From an uncultured delta proteobacterium (lineage in GTDB: Bacteria > Desulfobacterota > Binatia > Binatales > Binataceae): a stretch of 64,000 bases of DNA. Below, piece after piece: positions 1 to 10,558 of this stretch. How positions within the stretch are numbered: position 1 is the first letter of the stretch; every line of letters starts with the position of its first letter. Below the pieces are notes generated by a model. It searched no databases. It was not told where the DNA came from and worked only from the letters and a program-made list of their open reading frames with translations. The stretch is taken from positions 288,001 through 352,000 of the forward strand of contig CAVXXK010000006.1 in the NCBI GenBank assembly GCA_963765675.1. The letters run 5' to 3'. Position numbers and translations under genes: made by a program.

Positions 1-529
1 GTTGCGAACCCAACAGATCATCGCCGAGGAAACCGGCGTCACCAATACGATCGATCCGCTCGGCGGCAGCTACGCGATCGAGGCGCTGACCGATCGGATC
101 GAGCGCGAGGCGATGGACTATATCGGCAAGATCGACGCGATGGGCGGGATGCTGGCGGCGGTCGAGACAGGCTATCCGCAACGCGAAATCGCCGAGGCTG
201 CGTTTCATTACCAGCGCCAGCTCGAGAAAAATGAAAAAACGATCGTCGGCGTGAGCAAGTACTCGGTGCCCGAGGAGATTCCGATCGAGACGCTCAGGAT
301 CGATCCCGCGATCGAAGAGAAGCAGGTCTATCGCGTGCGCAAAATGAAACGCGAGCGCAACGCCGTGACGCTCAGAGCCGCGCTCGCGCGCGTGTCCGAG
401 GCATGCCGCTCGGGCGAAAACCTGATGGACCCGATCTGCGACGCCGTGCGCAGCGAGGCGACCGTCGGTGAAATCAGCGACATCTTTCGCGCCGAGTTCG
501 GCGTCTACACCGACCCAGGCTGGATTTAG
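1..529 (+). CDS. Acyl-CoA mutase (methylmalonyl-CoA mutase family) large subunit, C-terminal part; runs off the window start
   Basis: [38 protein letters not shown] motifs; adjacent B12-binding subunit. Confidence 0.93.
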   Translation, partial: LRTQQIIAEETGVTNTIDPLGGSYAIEALTDRIEREAMDYIGKIDAMGGMLAAVETGYPQREIAEAAFHYQRQLEKNEKTIVGVSKYSVPEEIPIETLRIDPAIEEKQVYRVRKMKRERNAVTLRAALARVSEACRSGENLMDPICDAVRSEATVGEISDIFRAEFGVYTDPGWI

Positions 530-531
530 CG

Positions 532-936
532 ATGGCTGACAAGAGACTCAGAATTTTGGTGGCGAAACCGGGCCTCGACGGACACGATCGGGGCGCAAAG
601 ATTATCGCGCGCGCGCTGCGCGATGGCGGCTTCGAGGTGATCTATACCGGCCTGCATCAGACGCCGGAGATGATCGCGCAGGCCGCCGTGCAGGAAGACG
701 TCGACGCGGTCGGGTTGTCGGTGCTTTCGGGCGCGCACATGACGCTATTCCCGGAAGTGCTGCGCCTGCTCAAAGAGCGTGGCGCCGACGATGTCGCCGT
801 GTTCGGCGGCGGGATCATCCCCGATGACGACGCGGTGAAGCTCAAGCAATCAGGCGTCCGGCAGATCTTCACGCCCGGCGCGTCCACTGAGGACATCGTC
901 AAATGGGTTCGCGAAAACGTGAGCGCAAGGCAATAG
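532..936 (+). CDS. Cobalamin-binding small subunit of acyl-CoA mutase
   Basis: [11 protein letters not shown] (DxHxxG), SVLSGAH, GGGIIP base-off/His-on B12 motifs. Confidence 0.95.
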   Translation: MADKRLRILVAKPGLDGHDRGAKIIARALRDGGFEVIYTGLHQTPEMIAQAAVQEDVDAVGLSVLSGAHMTLFPEVLRLLKERGADDVAVFGGGIIPDDDAVKLKQSGVRQIFTPGASTEDIVKWVRENVSARQ

Positions 937-946
937 GCGCGGGCGC

Positions 947-2104
947 GTGAATTTCGATCTTACCGAAGAGCAGCAGCGCATCCGCGACACGCTCGCCGCG
1001 TTCGCCGAGCGCGAGATTAAGCCGTTCGCCTCGAAGTGGGACAAGGACGAAACCTTTCCGCGCGAGGTGATAGAAAAGCTCGGCGCGCTCGGATTCCTCG
1101 GTGTCGCGTTTCCCGAGAAATGGGGCGGCGGCGCAGCGGGCACGCTCTCGCAGGTGCTGGTGGTCGAGGGGCTCTCGCGTTACGACGCGTCGATCGGTCT
1201 GACCTGCGCCGCGCACATGTCGCTTTCGACCGGGCACATTGCGTCGTTCGCGAGTAATGAGCATCGCGACAAGTACGTGCCCGAAATGCTTGCCGCCAGG
1301 AAGCTCGGCGCGTGGTGCCTGACCGAGCCGAGTTCGGGCTCGGACGCTGCCGCGATGAAGACTCGCGCGATTCGCACCGGCGATAATTTTCAGCTCAACG
1401 GCTCGAAAATGTTCATCACCAACGGCGGCGTCGGCGACGTGTACGTGGTGATGGCGGTGACCGACACGGCCAAAGGACGCGACGGTGTGTCGGCGTTTAT
1501 CGTCGATCGCGGCACCGCGGGATTGTCGAACGGCAAGAAAATCGAGAAGCTCGGCCTGCACGCCTCCGACACCGCCGAAGTAATCTTCGAGAACGTCACG
1601 ATTCCCGCGCGCAACCTGATCGGAGAGCTCGGCGCAGGGTACCGCCAGACGCTCAAGATCCTCGAGGGCGGACGAATCGGGATCGCCGGGTTCGCCGCGG
1701 GCATCGCGCGTGGCGCGTTCGAGGAAGCGCGCGTCTACGCGCTCGAACGGCGCCAGTTCAACAGCCGGATCGCCGATTTCCAGGCGATCCAATGGATGTT
1801 CGCCGACATGGCCACGCGGATCGAAGCTTCGTGGGTGCTGATTTGTCGCGCCGCTGCGCTGCGCGATGCCGGCAAACCGTACGCGCGTGAAGCGGCGATG
1901 GCGAAGCTGTTCGCCTCGGAGACCGCGATGTGGTCAACGACCAAGTCGGTGCAGATTCATGGCGGCTACGGCTACGTGACCGACTTTCCGGTCGAGCGCT
2001 ACATGCGCGACGCGAAGCTCGCCGAGATCGGGGAGGGCACCAGCGAGGTGCTGCGAATGATTATCGCCAAGTCGCTGCTCCGCGAGGGTTATCTGCCCGC
2101 GTAG
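947..2104 (+). CDS. Acyl-CoA dehydrogenase
   Basis: LTEPSSGSD, NGSKMFITNG, QIHGGYGY, IGEGTSE motifs. Confidence 0.95.
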   Translation: MNFDLTEEQQRIRDTLAAFAEREIKPFASKWDKDETFPREVIEKLGALGFLGVAFPEKWGGGAAGTLSQVLVVEGLSRYDASIGLTCAAHMSLSTGHIASFASNEHRDKYVPEMLAARKLGAWCLTEPSSGSDAAAMKTRAIRTGDNFQLNGSKMFITNGGVGDVYVVMAVTDTAKGRDGVSAFIVDRGTAGLSNGKKIEKLGLHASDTAEVIFENVTIPARNLIGELGAGYRQTLKILEGGRIGIAGFAAGIARGAFEEARVYALERRQFNSRIADFQAIQWMFADMATRIEASWVLICRAAALRDAGKPYAREAAMAKLFASETAMWSTTKSVQIHGGYGYVTDFPVERYMRDAKLAEIGEGTSEVLRMIIAKSLLREGYLPA

Positions 2105-2109
2105 CGCGC

Positions 2110-2820
2110 TCACGCCTCGAGAAGATCGGCGCGAATCGCGTCGAGATCTTCGGCGCTGATGCCGATAACCTCGCGCATGAAGCCGTCCACGCCGCCGTTT
2201 TCGTCGATCAGGTCGAACACCGGATGAAGCTGAGCGGCGGACAGCGGAATATTGGGAAAGGTTGCGTTGCTCGCAAGAAAATCCTCGATGATCGCGTCAC
2301 GCTCGACTCCTAGCGTCGCGAGAATCATCGCCGCGCCGACTCCGGTTCTGTCGCGGCCCGCCGAGCAATGGAAGAGCAGGGGATAGACGGTGCGCTCCGC
2401 CAGCAGCTTGAAGAAGCGCCGCCAGTCGTGGCGGAAATGCATCACGAGCGCGTAGTGCTCCTGCCCCGGATCGGCTTTCATGCGCTCGTAGCCCCGCTCG
2501 GTGAACCATTCGTCGCCCATCGGGATATGCTCCCAGCGCACCCCTTCCATTATCACTTGATGCGGCCGTCCCAGATGCCTCACCTCGGGATTGCTCTGCA
2601 GGGTGACCAGCGTTTTGAGTTCGATCTCGTGGAGCGGGTTGTCCGCCGGAACCTCGGCCAGATGAGCGGAGCGATAGATGCGCCCGGCGCGGATGCGGCG
2701 GCCGTCGCGAACCGGGCGTCCGCCAAGATCGCGAAAGTTGCGCCCGCCGAACGAGCGCAGCATGTCGAAATCGACTACGATGCGCTCGCCGCGATCGTTT
2801 TTTCGATTTTCTTCAGACAC
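2110..2820 (-). CDS. Tyrosine-protein phosphatase family (Y_phosphatase3-like)
   Basis: NFRDLGG and HCSAGRDRTG (CX5R) motifs. Confidence 0.88.
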   Translation of the reverse strand: MSEENRKNDRGERIVVDFDMLRSFGGRNFRDLGGRPVRDGRRIRAGRIYRSAHLAEVPADNPLHEIELKTLVTLQSNPEVRHLGRPHQVIMEGVRWEHIPMGDEWFTERGYERMKADPGQEHYALVMHFRHDWRRFFKLLAERTVYPLLFHCSAGRDRTGVGAAMILATLGVERDAIIEDFLASNATFPNIPLSAAQLHPVFDLIDENGGVDGFMREVIGISAEDLDAIRADLLEA

Positions 2821-2923
2821 TGAATCTCCGTCCGCTTGCCCTTGCAGCTATTTTATACGTGAACGATTTCCGGTGCGAGTCCCCGGCCCGCGCTCCTCTT
2901 GCTTCCCGGACCGCTCTCAATTA

Positions 2924-2945
2924 ATAGACTTGAGTATAGTTCTAT
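2924..2945. promoter_or_regulatory. Imperfect palindrome and TATAGT -10-like box at the tetR start; candidate TetR operator
   Basis: ATAGACT-TGAGTAT-AGTTCTAT in an AT-rich divergent intergenic region. Confidence 0.3.
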
Positions 2946-3591
2946 GTCTGTGTCCATCCAACGTAAAATCGCGCCGTTGGCCGTCGTGCAATCGCGGCGT
3001 GACCGCAAGAAAGAACGTACCCGCGGCGAAATCTATCAGGCCGCGATTACGTTATTCATACGGCGCGGTTTCGATACCGTTACGATCGAGGATATCTGCG
3101 ACGCGGCCGATGTCGCCCGCGCGACCTTTTTTCTGCATTTTCCAGCCAAGGAAGCGCTGTTGACCGAATACCTCCGCCGCGCCAACGAGGAGCTTGCCGC
3201 GATGCTCGCGAAGTATCGTGGCAGCGCGACCGCCGCGTTGCGCGCGGCGTTCAAGATGCTGGCCGGGATGGCGGCGCGGCATCCCGATGTCCTGCGCCTC
3301 GTGATCCGCGAAGTGCTGGTGCGGCCCCCAATCCGCAGCCGCAACGATCAACAGACTGGAGACCTGATCGAATTGCTGGCCGGCGTGGTTCGGCGCGGAC
3401 AAGCGAGCGGCGAGTTTCGCGCGCGCATCGATCCGATCGTCGCGGCGCTTTCGGCGTGCGCGGCGTTCTTCGGCTTTGTGTACGCATGGGTGCAGAGAGA
3501 AGGACGCTTCGATATCGAGGCATCGGCGGCGCAGGCACTTGAGGTAATCCTGCACGGAGTCAGCGAACGTAAACGGCGTGCAGCGCTTTAG
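2944..3591 (+). CDS. TetR/AcrR family transcriptional regulator
   Basis: HTH GFDTVTIEDICDAADVARATFFLHFPAKE; start taken at ATG 2944. Confidence 0.92.
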   Translation: MSVSIQRKIAPLAVVQSRRDRKKERTRGEIYQAAITLFIRRGFDTVTIEDICDAADVARATFFLHFPAKEALLTEYLRRANEELAAMLAKYRGSATAALRAAFKMLAGMAARHPDVLRLVIREVLVRPPIRSRNDQQTGDLIELLAGVVRRGQASGEFRARIDPIVAALSACAAFFGFVYAWVQREGRFDIEASAAQALEVILHGVSERKRRAAL

Positions 3592-3617
3592 GCGGCGCGC
3601 GAGAAGCGAGTACCTGG

Positions 3618-5042
3618 ATGAAGAACGAGCATGCGATTGTGATCGGCGGCAGCATGGCGGGCCTGTGTGCGGCGCGGGTTCTGAGCGATTTCTTTGACAA
3701 GGTGACCATAATCGATCGCGACGCCTATCCTGCCGGCGCGCATGAGCGTCCCGGCGTTCCGCAAAGCCGTCACGTCCATGCGCTGCTCATGCGCGGCCGC
3801 CAGGAGCTCGAGAATCTGTTCCCGGGCTTTGAGCGCACGATGCTCGAGCATGGCGCGATCGATATAAACTTCGGACTGGATTTTGCCGTACTGCAGCGCG
3901 ACGGATGGGGTCGGCGGCAACGAAATGCGATCGAGACCTTGTTCGCGAGCCGGGTCCTGATGGAGGAAACGATTCGAGGCCTGCTGCGCAAGATTCTCAA
4001 TGTCGAGCTGATCGAGCGCGCCGACGCCGCGGCCTTCCTGATCGAGCGCGGCGACGCGCCTCGGGTTTCCGGATTGCGCGTGATTCCGCGCGACGGCCGC
4101 CCGGAGTTCACGTTGACGGGCCAACTTATCGTTGACGCGAGCGGACGCGCGACGAAGATTCCGGGATGGATCAAGGAGCTCGGTTTGCCCGCGCCCGAAG
4201 AGGAAGTGGTCGATTCGCGCACCGGGTACGCCTCGCGATGGTACAAAGCCTCGAATCGTTCGCGCCGGCCGCCGCAGTGGTGGTGGAAAGGCGTATGGAT
4301 CGAAGCGGTGGGCGATAGTGTCGCAGAAGCTGGCGTGCTGTTCCCGGTCGAGGGACAGCGATTCATCGTCACTCTCGCGGGATGGGGCGGCAAATATCCG
4401 CCGAGCGACGAGGACGGTTTCACAGCGCAACTGCGCAAGCTGCGCAGCCCGATTATCGCGGAAGAAGTTGCGCTGGCCGAGCCGATGTCCAACGTATATT
4501 CATACCGGCAAATGGCAAACCGCTGGCGCCGCTACGATAAGTGGAGGGCGCGCCTGGACGGGTTTGTAGCGCTGGGCGACGCTACCTGCGCGTTCAATCC
4601 GGTCTACGGACAGGGGATGACGTCGGCGGCCCTCGAGGCGCTGATTCTGCGCGATTGCCTGACGGATCATGCCGGCGTCGACGCGGCCTTGCCGCCCGAC
4701 TTCTTCAGAAGGATCGCGGCGTTTCAGAAAGATCCTTGGGGTCTTGCGACCAGCGCGGATTTCAATTTTTCCGCGACTGTTGGGCGCCGTCCGCCGCTTC
4801 CGGCGCGCGCGCTGAATCGCGTGATCGGCAAGATGCTTGAAGTCGGCCGAGACGATCCAGTAATCGGCAACCGGCTGGCCGAGGTGGTGAACATGATGCG
4901 CCCGCCGTCGGCGCTGCTCGACCGCCGGATTCTCGTGCGCATCGCCAGGGCGTGGGCTCGCCGAATCGTCAAAGGATCGCCCAAGTCCGAATCGACCGGC
5001 GCGATGCCGCCGCTGGGCGTCACGCCCGCTCTGGAAGCCTGA
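3618..5042 (+). CDS. FAD-dependent oxidoreductase/monooxygenase
   Basis: VIGGSMAG Rossmann motif, DASGR, GDATCAFNPVYGQGMT. Confidence 0.88.
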   Translation: MKNEHAIVIGGSMAGLCAARVLSDFFDKVTIIDRDAYPAGAHERPGVPQSRHVHALLMRGRQELENLFPGFERTMLEHGAIDINFGLDFAVLQRDGWGRRQRNAIETLFASRVLMEETIRGLLRKILNVELIERADAAAFLIERGDAPRVSGLRVIPRDGRPEFTLTGQLIVDASGRATKIPGWIKELGLPAPEEEVVDSRTGYASRWYKASNRSRRPPQWWWKGVWIEAVGDSVAEAGVLFPVEGQRFIVTLAGWGGKYPPSDEDGFTAQLRKLRSPIIAEEVALAEPMSNVYSYRQMANRWRRYDKWRARLDGFVALGDATCAFNPVYGQGMTSAALEALILRDCLTDHAGVDAALPPDFFRRIAAFQKDPWGLATSADFNFSATVGRRPPLPARALNRVIGKMLEVGRDDPVIGNRLAEVVNMMRPPSALLDRRILVRIARAWARRIVKGSPKSESTGAMPPLGVTPALEA

Positions 5043-5047
5043 GAAAG

Positions 5048-6490
5048 TTACTTCCGCCGCGGCAGGTTGAGCACCAGCATCCGGGGCTCCGTCATTTCCT
5101 CCATTGCGTAGCGCAAACCTTCGCGTCCGATTCCGGAACCCTTCACGCCGCCGAACGGATAGGTATCGACGCGGAAGACTCCCGTGTCGCCGACGATCAC
5201 AGCCCCGGCCTCGATCTCGCGAAAGGCGGTGAACGCGCGTTCGAGATTGTTGGTGAAGACTCCTGCTTGCAGTCCGTATGGTGAATCGTTGGTGAGGGCG
5301 ATTCCCTCTTCGAACGAGTCGATCGGCTCGACCGTCGCGACTGGACCGAAGACCTCCTCGCACCACACACGCAGGCGATGAAGCTTGCGGTCGCCGAGCT
5401 CGACGATCGTCGGCCATACGACGGCGCCCTCGCGCTTGTTTCCGGTCAGGATACCGGCGCCGGCCTGCGCCGCCTCGCCGATCCATTCGATCACGCGGTC
5501 TGCCGCGGCGCGATTGATGAGCGGGCCGACGATCGTTCGCTCGTCCATCGGGTCGCCAACACCGAGCTTCTCGGTTTCGGCGACGAAGTGCTTCAGGAAC
5601 TCATGGTACACGCTGCGATGCACGAACAGGCGCTGGACCGACAGACATACTTGTCCGGCGTGGATGAACGCGCCACGCGCGGCTCGCGCCGCCGCAACTG
5701 CGACATCCGCAGTCTCGTCGACAATCAAGCCGCCGTTACCTCCCAGCTCGAGTGCGACACGTTGGCGCGTGGTCTTTGCCTTGAGCGCCCATCCGACCCG
5801 CGCGCTGCCGGTGAAACTGAGCATCCGGATGCGCTCGTCGGTCGCAAGCCTCTCTGCCACCGGAGGATCGGCCGAGATGACATTGATCGCCCCGGACGGC
5901 AGGCCCGCGGCGCAAGCGATCTCCGCCAGCATCAGCGCAGGTCCAGGACACATCGGCGGCGGTTTTACGACGAGAGTGTTTCCTGTGGCGATCGCGGGTG
6001 CGACCTTGTGCGTCACCAGGTTGAGCGGGAAGTTGAAAGGCGCGATCGCGGCAATCGGTCCGAGCGGAAATCGCTCGACCATTCCGACCGCGCCGGGATG
6101 CAGCGGATCCAGATCGAGCGGTTCGTACTCTCCGCCGAAACGTTTCGCCTCTTCGGCCGCGAGCGCGAAGACGCCGATGGTTCGGCTGACTTCGCCACGC
6201 GAATAGTCAATCGGCTTGCCGGTGTCGATCGTGATGCCGCGTTCGAATTCGGTGCGCCGCTCAGCCACGCCCCGGCTGATTCCCAAAAGAATAGCGGCGC
6301 GTTCGGCGCGAGAGAGTTTTCGCGTCGCCGCGAATGCGCGCGTTGCGGCCGCGATCGCAATCTCCATCTCAGCCTCGCCGGCGCGAGCGATAGTCCCCAC
6401 CTTTTCGCCGGTGTAGGGATAAATGATGTCGTAATGTTCGGACGAATCGACGCTCTTGCCGTCGATAAAATGCCGATACTCAGGCGCCAT
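5048..6490 (-). CDS. Aldehyde dehydrogenase
   Basis: PFNFP, FTGS, LELGG, GQVC, EEVFGP motifs. Confidence 0.95.
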   Translation of the reverse strand: MAPEYRHFIDGKSVDSSEHYDIIYPYTGEKVGTIARAGEAEMEIAIAAATRAFAATRKLSRAERAAILLGISRGVAERRTEFERGITIDTGKPIDYSRGEVSRTIGVFALAAEEAKRFGGEYEPLDLDPLHPGAVGMVERFPLGPIAAIAPFNFPLNLVTHKVAPAIATGNTLVVKPPPMCPGPALMLAEIACAAGLPSGAINVISADPPVAERLATDERIRMLSFTGSARVGWALKAKTTRQRVALELGGNGGLIVDETADVAVAAARAARGAFIHAGQVCLSVQRLFVHRSVYHEFLKHFVAETEKLGVGDPMDERTIVGPLINRAAADRVIEWIGEAAQAGAGILTGNKREGAVVWPTIVELGDRKLHRLRVWCEEVFGPVATVEPIDSFEEGIALTNDSPYGLQAGVFTNNLERAFTAFREIEAGAVIVGDTGVFRVDTYPFGGVKGSGIGREGLRYAMEEMTEPRMLVLNLPRRK

Positions 6491-6558
6491 CGCGAGTCCT
6501 CCTTATGAACCTGTTGAGGACATTATTTCGCCGCGTCCGTATGCGTGAAAGGCCCGCG

Positions 6559-8571
6559 TCAGGCGTGGATTTCCGCTTCGGTCACTGCCAAGTAGGCGCG
6601 ATATTCCGGCGATGAGTGGAGCAGGTCTGCATGAACGCCTTCGCAGGCCAGAGTGCCGCCGTTTATGAATAGCACGCGGTCGCACGCTGCGAGCGTGCTC
6701 GCACGATGCGCGACGATTATGACAATTCGCGTCCGCGCGAGGTCTCGCAGCGTTGCCATCAGTCCGGTCTCGCTCGCCGGATCCAGCGGCGCCGTCGGTT
6801 CGTCGAGAATCAAAACATCGGGACTTCTCAGGATCGCGCGTGCAATCGCGATGCGCTGCTTCTGCCCGACCGAGAGCCGCGCGCCGCGCCGACCGAGCAT
6901 CGTCGCATAGCCGTCGGGCATTTTCTCAATAAACTCCGCCGCACCCGCGAGTGCGGCGGCGGCGCGGATTTCCTCGTCGCTGGCGTCGCGATGGCCGTAG
7001 CGGATGTTGTCGGCGATCGATTCGGAGAACAGCGCTTCCTGCTGAAAGACGAAACCGATCCGGCTGCGCAGCGTATCGGGTGCGAAGCTGCGCGCATCCT
7101 TGCCGTCGAGCAAAATTTCACCCGACATGGTTTCGATGAATCTCGGAATCGACAGTATAAGCGTGGTCTTGCCCGCGCCGCTTGGTCCCGCGATCGCAAT
7201 CATCTCGCCCGAACGCAATGTGAACGAGACGTTCTGCACGACCGGTTCCGTGCCCGTATATCCGACCGCGACGTCGCGCAGCTCGATTTCATTTATCGCC
7301 AGGGGCGCGCCGCTTCCGTCGGGCGAAGCCGACGCCTCGGCGAATCCGTCGAGGACGCTATGAACCCTGCGGAGTCCCGCGACTGCCGGCTGGACCGCCG
7401 CCCACGTACCGCCGACGGTGGCCGCCGGCTTGGAAAGCATCGTGCCGTAGCTCAGCAGCAGAACCACGTCTCCGAGCGTCATCGCGTGGTGGATGACCTG
7501 CATCATCAGATAGTAGATCGCGCCGATAGTGAGTGCGGCCATCGCAGGCACCAACACCAGAGTGAGCGCCAATCCGATCGCCAGCATCTTGAGCGTGGCG
7601 AGGTACGACTTCCAGCTCGCGGCATCGACGGCGACGGCCTCGCGATTCTCGGTGCCGAACGCCTTGATCAGGTTGACTTGCGCAAGCCGTTCCTCGAACG
7701 CGGCCATCACGTCGCTGCCGCGCTCGCGCATATCCTGGCTCTGATCGCGCAGCAGGCGGCCGAAGATCGCGGCGCCGATCGCGATTGCCGGAAGCGACAG
7801 GGCCGCGAGAATTGGAATAACCCGCTCTTCGGGAAACTGCATCCACAGCACGATCAGCGCCATGACGAACATCACGATAGACATCAGCGGTCCGAGCACC
7901 GCGGTGTAGAGGACCGCGCCAATCGACGCGCTGTCGTGCATCACGCGGAACACGGCGTCGCCGAGTTTCTGATCCGCGAACAAGCCGAGCCGCGAGCGCA
8001 GGAAACGCTGATAGATCGCGGTGCGCACGCCCTGGTTGATGCGCTGAGTCAGATCGAGCGTGATCAGAACTTCGTAGTAACCGAACAGGCCGTTCCACAA
8101 GCTCCATCCGTCGTTCGCGGCGTTCTGCGAAAAGCCAGCCTGGTCAAGACCGCCGCTATCTACCCCGGTTACGAGCTCGTCGGAACGGTCGCCAACCATC
8201 CCGACCGAGAGCGCCGCGAAAATCAGGAACGCGCAGAGCACGAACAGCAGCGACATCCGGTTGGTGCCCGCCAGCGGCAACAGGAGCGTTGCCGGCAATC
8301 CGGTCAGCGGACGCCCGTCGATCACGTTGTCGATGATGATCTTGAGCGGCCACGGCGTGAGCAGAAAAAATGTCAGCGAAAAAAATGCGAGGATGCATTT
8401 CAGATAGACCAGGCGACGATGCTCGGCGATAAAGGGCCAGCTCTTGATGAGCAGGCGGGCGGCGCCAATAGGGCCGATCGACTTGCGCTCGGCCGCGTAG
8501 AGATGGCTCTTGCGCGAATCGACGCGCGCGCCGTTTCCCGGCATCGGATCGCGCGCGAGAGTGCTAGCCAT
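6559..8571 (-). CDS. ABC exporter half-transporter (TMD + NBD)
   Basis: N-terminal TM helices; GPSGAGKT, LSVGQKQ, ILDEPT, AHR; start at ATG 8571 overlaps the upstream partner's stop. Confidence 0.92.
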   Translation of the reverse strand: MASTLARDPMPGNGARVDSRKSHLYAAERKSIGPIGAARLLIKSWPFIAEHRRLVYLKCILAFFSLTFFLLTPWPLKIIIDNVIDGRPLTGLPATLLLPLAGTNRMSLLFVLCAFLIFAALSVGMVGDRSDELVTGVDSGGLDQAGFSQNAANDGWSLWNGLFGYYEVLITLDLTQRINQGVRTAIYQRFLRSRLGLFADQKLGDAVFRVMHDSASIGAVLYTAVLGPLMSIVMFVMALIVLWMQFPEERVIPILAALSLPAIAIGAAIFGRLLRDQSQDMRERGSDVMAAFEERLAQVNLIKAFGTENREAVAVDAASWKSYLATLKMLAIGLALTLVLVPAMAALTIGAIYYLMMQVIHHAMTLGDVVLLLSYGTMLSKPAATVGGTWAAVQPAVAGLRRVHSVLDGFAEASASPDGSGAPLAINEIELRDVAVGYTGTEPVVQNVSFTLRSGEMIAIAGPSGAGKTTLILSIPRFIETMSGEILLDGKDARSFAPDTLRSRIGFVFQQEALFSESIADNIRYGHRDASDEEIRAAAALAGAAEFIEKMPDGYATMLGRRGARLSVGQKQRIAIARAILRSPDVLILDEPTAPLDPASETGLMATLRDLARTRIVIIVAHRASTLAACDRVLFINGGTLACEGVHADLLHSSPEYRAYLAVTEAEIHA

Positions 8572-10448
8572 GACGCACCTCGGAGATTGGCGTGCCGGCA
8601 GTCTCGAGGCCGTCCCCCGGCTCGATTTTTCCTGCCGTGATTCGGAACGAGCGGTCCGCACGCGCCGCGGTAGTACGCCGATGGGTCACGACGATCGCCA
8701 TCCTGCGCCGCGGCGCCTCGGCAATCCATTCGCGAACCCCGAGCATCACACTCTCTTCGGTTGTGGCGTCCAGCGCCGAGGTCGGCTCGTCCAGCATCAG
8801 GATCGGCGCGTCGCGCAGCAGCGCGCGCGCAAGTCCGATGCGCTGTGCCTGCCCGATCGAAAGCTTTGAACCTTTCTCGCCGAGCACGGTCGCAAGACCG
8901 GCTGGAAGTGAGCGGACGAAATCGGTCAAACCTGCGCGCCGGATAGCGGCCGTGATTTCCGCCTCGGACGCATCGACCCGTCCGTAGGTTACGTTGTCGC
9001 GGACGCTGGCGGTGAAGAGCGGGTTCTCCTGCAGCGCGACCGACAGAAATCCGCGCCACGCGACCAGGTCAAATTCGCGCAGCAGCGTGCCGTCGAGCGT
9101 GATCCGTCCAGACGACGGTTCATAGAATCGCAGGAGCATAGCGATGATCGTGCTCTTGCCGGCGCCGCTCGGTCCGGCCAGCACCGTGATCTCGCCGACC
9201 CGGGCCTCGAACGTCACGCCCGACAGAACTGGCGCGGCCGTATCGTAGCCGAAGCTCACGTCTTCGAACGCGAGCGTTTGAGGGGAAGCGGGTGGAAGAC
9301 GATCGCCGCTTAAGATTTTTTCCTCCGGCGGCATCGCGATCATCTCGAGCACGCGCGCCATCGCGACCGCTACGTCCTGCAGGCTGCCCCAGCGGTTGGC
9401 GAGCCGGCGCATCCGGTTGCTCATTCCCGCGAAGACCCCGAGCGAACCCTGGAAGAAGCCCAGCGAGACCGCGGCGCGGACAAACCCCACGGTGCCGCCG
9501 TGCAGGACTTCGCGCGCGCCGATGTATAGCGCGGCGACATACGCGAGGCCGCGCGTCGTGTTGTTCCACACGCGGTAGCGCGCGAACATCAGGCGGGCGT
9601 GGCGCGCGGCGACGAATGCGTTCCAGTTGTCGGTGGCGTAACGGCCGCTCTCGAATTGCTCCTGCCCGAAGGCTTTGACCGCCTTGATCGACGAGAGCGT
9701 TTCCTCGATTCGCGAGGTAGCCTGCGACTCCGCTTCGCGTGCGGCGCGAAAGGCGGGTCGCAGATGGTTTCCGTAGAACCATGCGAATGCGAAATCGACC
9801 GGGAGCAGGATGAGCGCGATACAGCCCATCGCTCCGTTAAACATGAACAGCCACACGAAATTGGCAAGCGCATACGGCAGGAAGCGAATCGGTTCGATCA
9901 CCAGGCCGTCGATCACCTGCGGAATCGCGGCGGAGTCCTGAAACATCCGGAAGATTGCGTCGCCGATTTTTTCTTCAGAATGAAAGCGCAGGCTGAGCTC
10001 CTGCAGACCGCGCGTACAGATTGACGCGAAACAGATTCGAGATCCTCTGCAGAATCCAGACCGCGTAACCGAGCATCAGCGCACCGTATGGAGCCCCAAT
10101 TGCGGTTGCGATTCCCGAGGCGATACACGCGTGCCACAGGATCACCTGGCGCGAGGACCGCGGCGCAACCCTCAGCATCCACGCTTCGCCTGGCGTGAGA
10201 TGCTTGCCGTGTCCGACGACGTCGAAGAGCACGCGCACCATGTGCAGCGCGAAAAGGCCGACCGGCAACGCGGGAATCATCATGAGGAATAGGAACACCA
10301 GATGACGGCGGTAGGGGCGGATGAACGGCCACGCGCGGCCGAGCAGACGAAACACGTCGCGCGAAGTTAGATTCCGGGGTTGTGCGAATGCAATTTCATC
10401 GATCGGTGGCGGAGTGATTGCCGCCGCGATGTCGAATGGGTCTGCCAT
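8564..10448 (-). CDS. ABC exporter half-transporter (TMD + NBD), with a 1-nt frameshift near 10007
   Basis: Removing one base joins ...FRVNLYAR to LQELSLRFHSEEKIGDAIFRMFQD...; GPSGAGKS, LSIGQAQ, LDEPTSALD, THR. Confidence 0.85.
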
Positions 10449-10558
10449 CTGCAATCCACCGACGATGATAACCGTCGCCGAAGTGGCCCGTAAAGACGCG
10501 TGCGTGCTAACCTCGCGTCGCGCTCCCCGCACGCAAATCACTGCACCAGGAGTCCACG

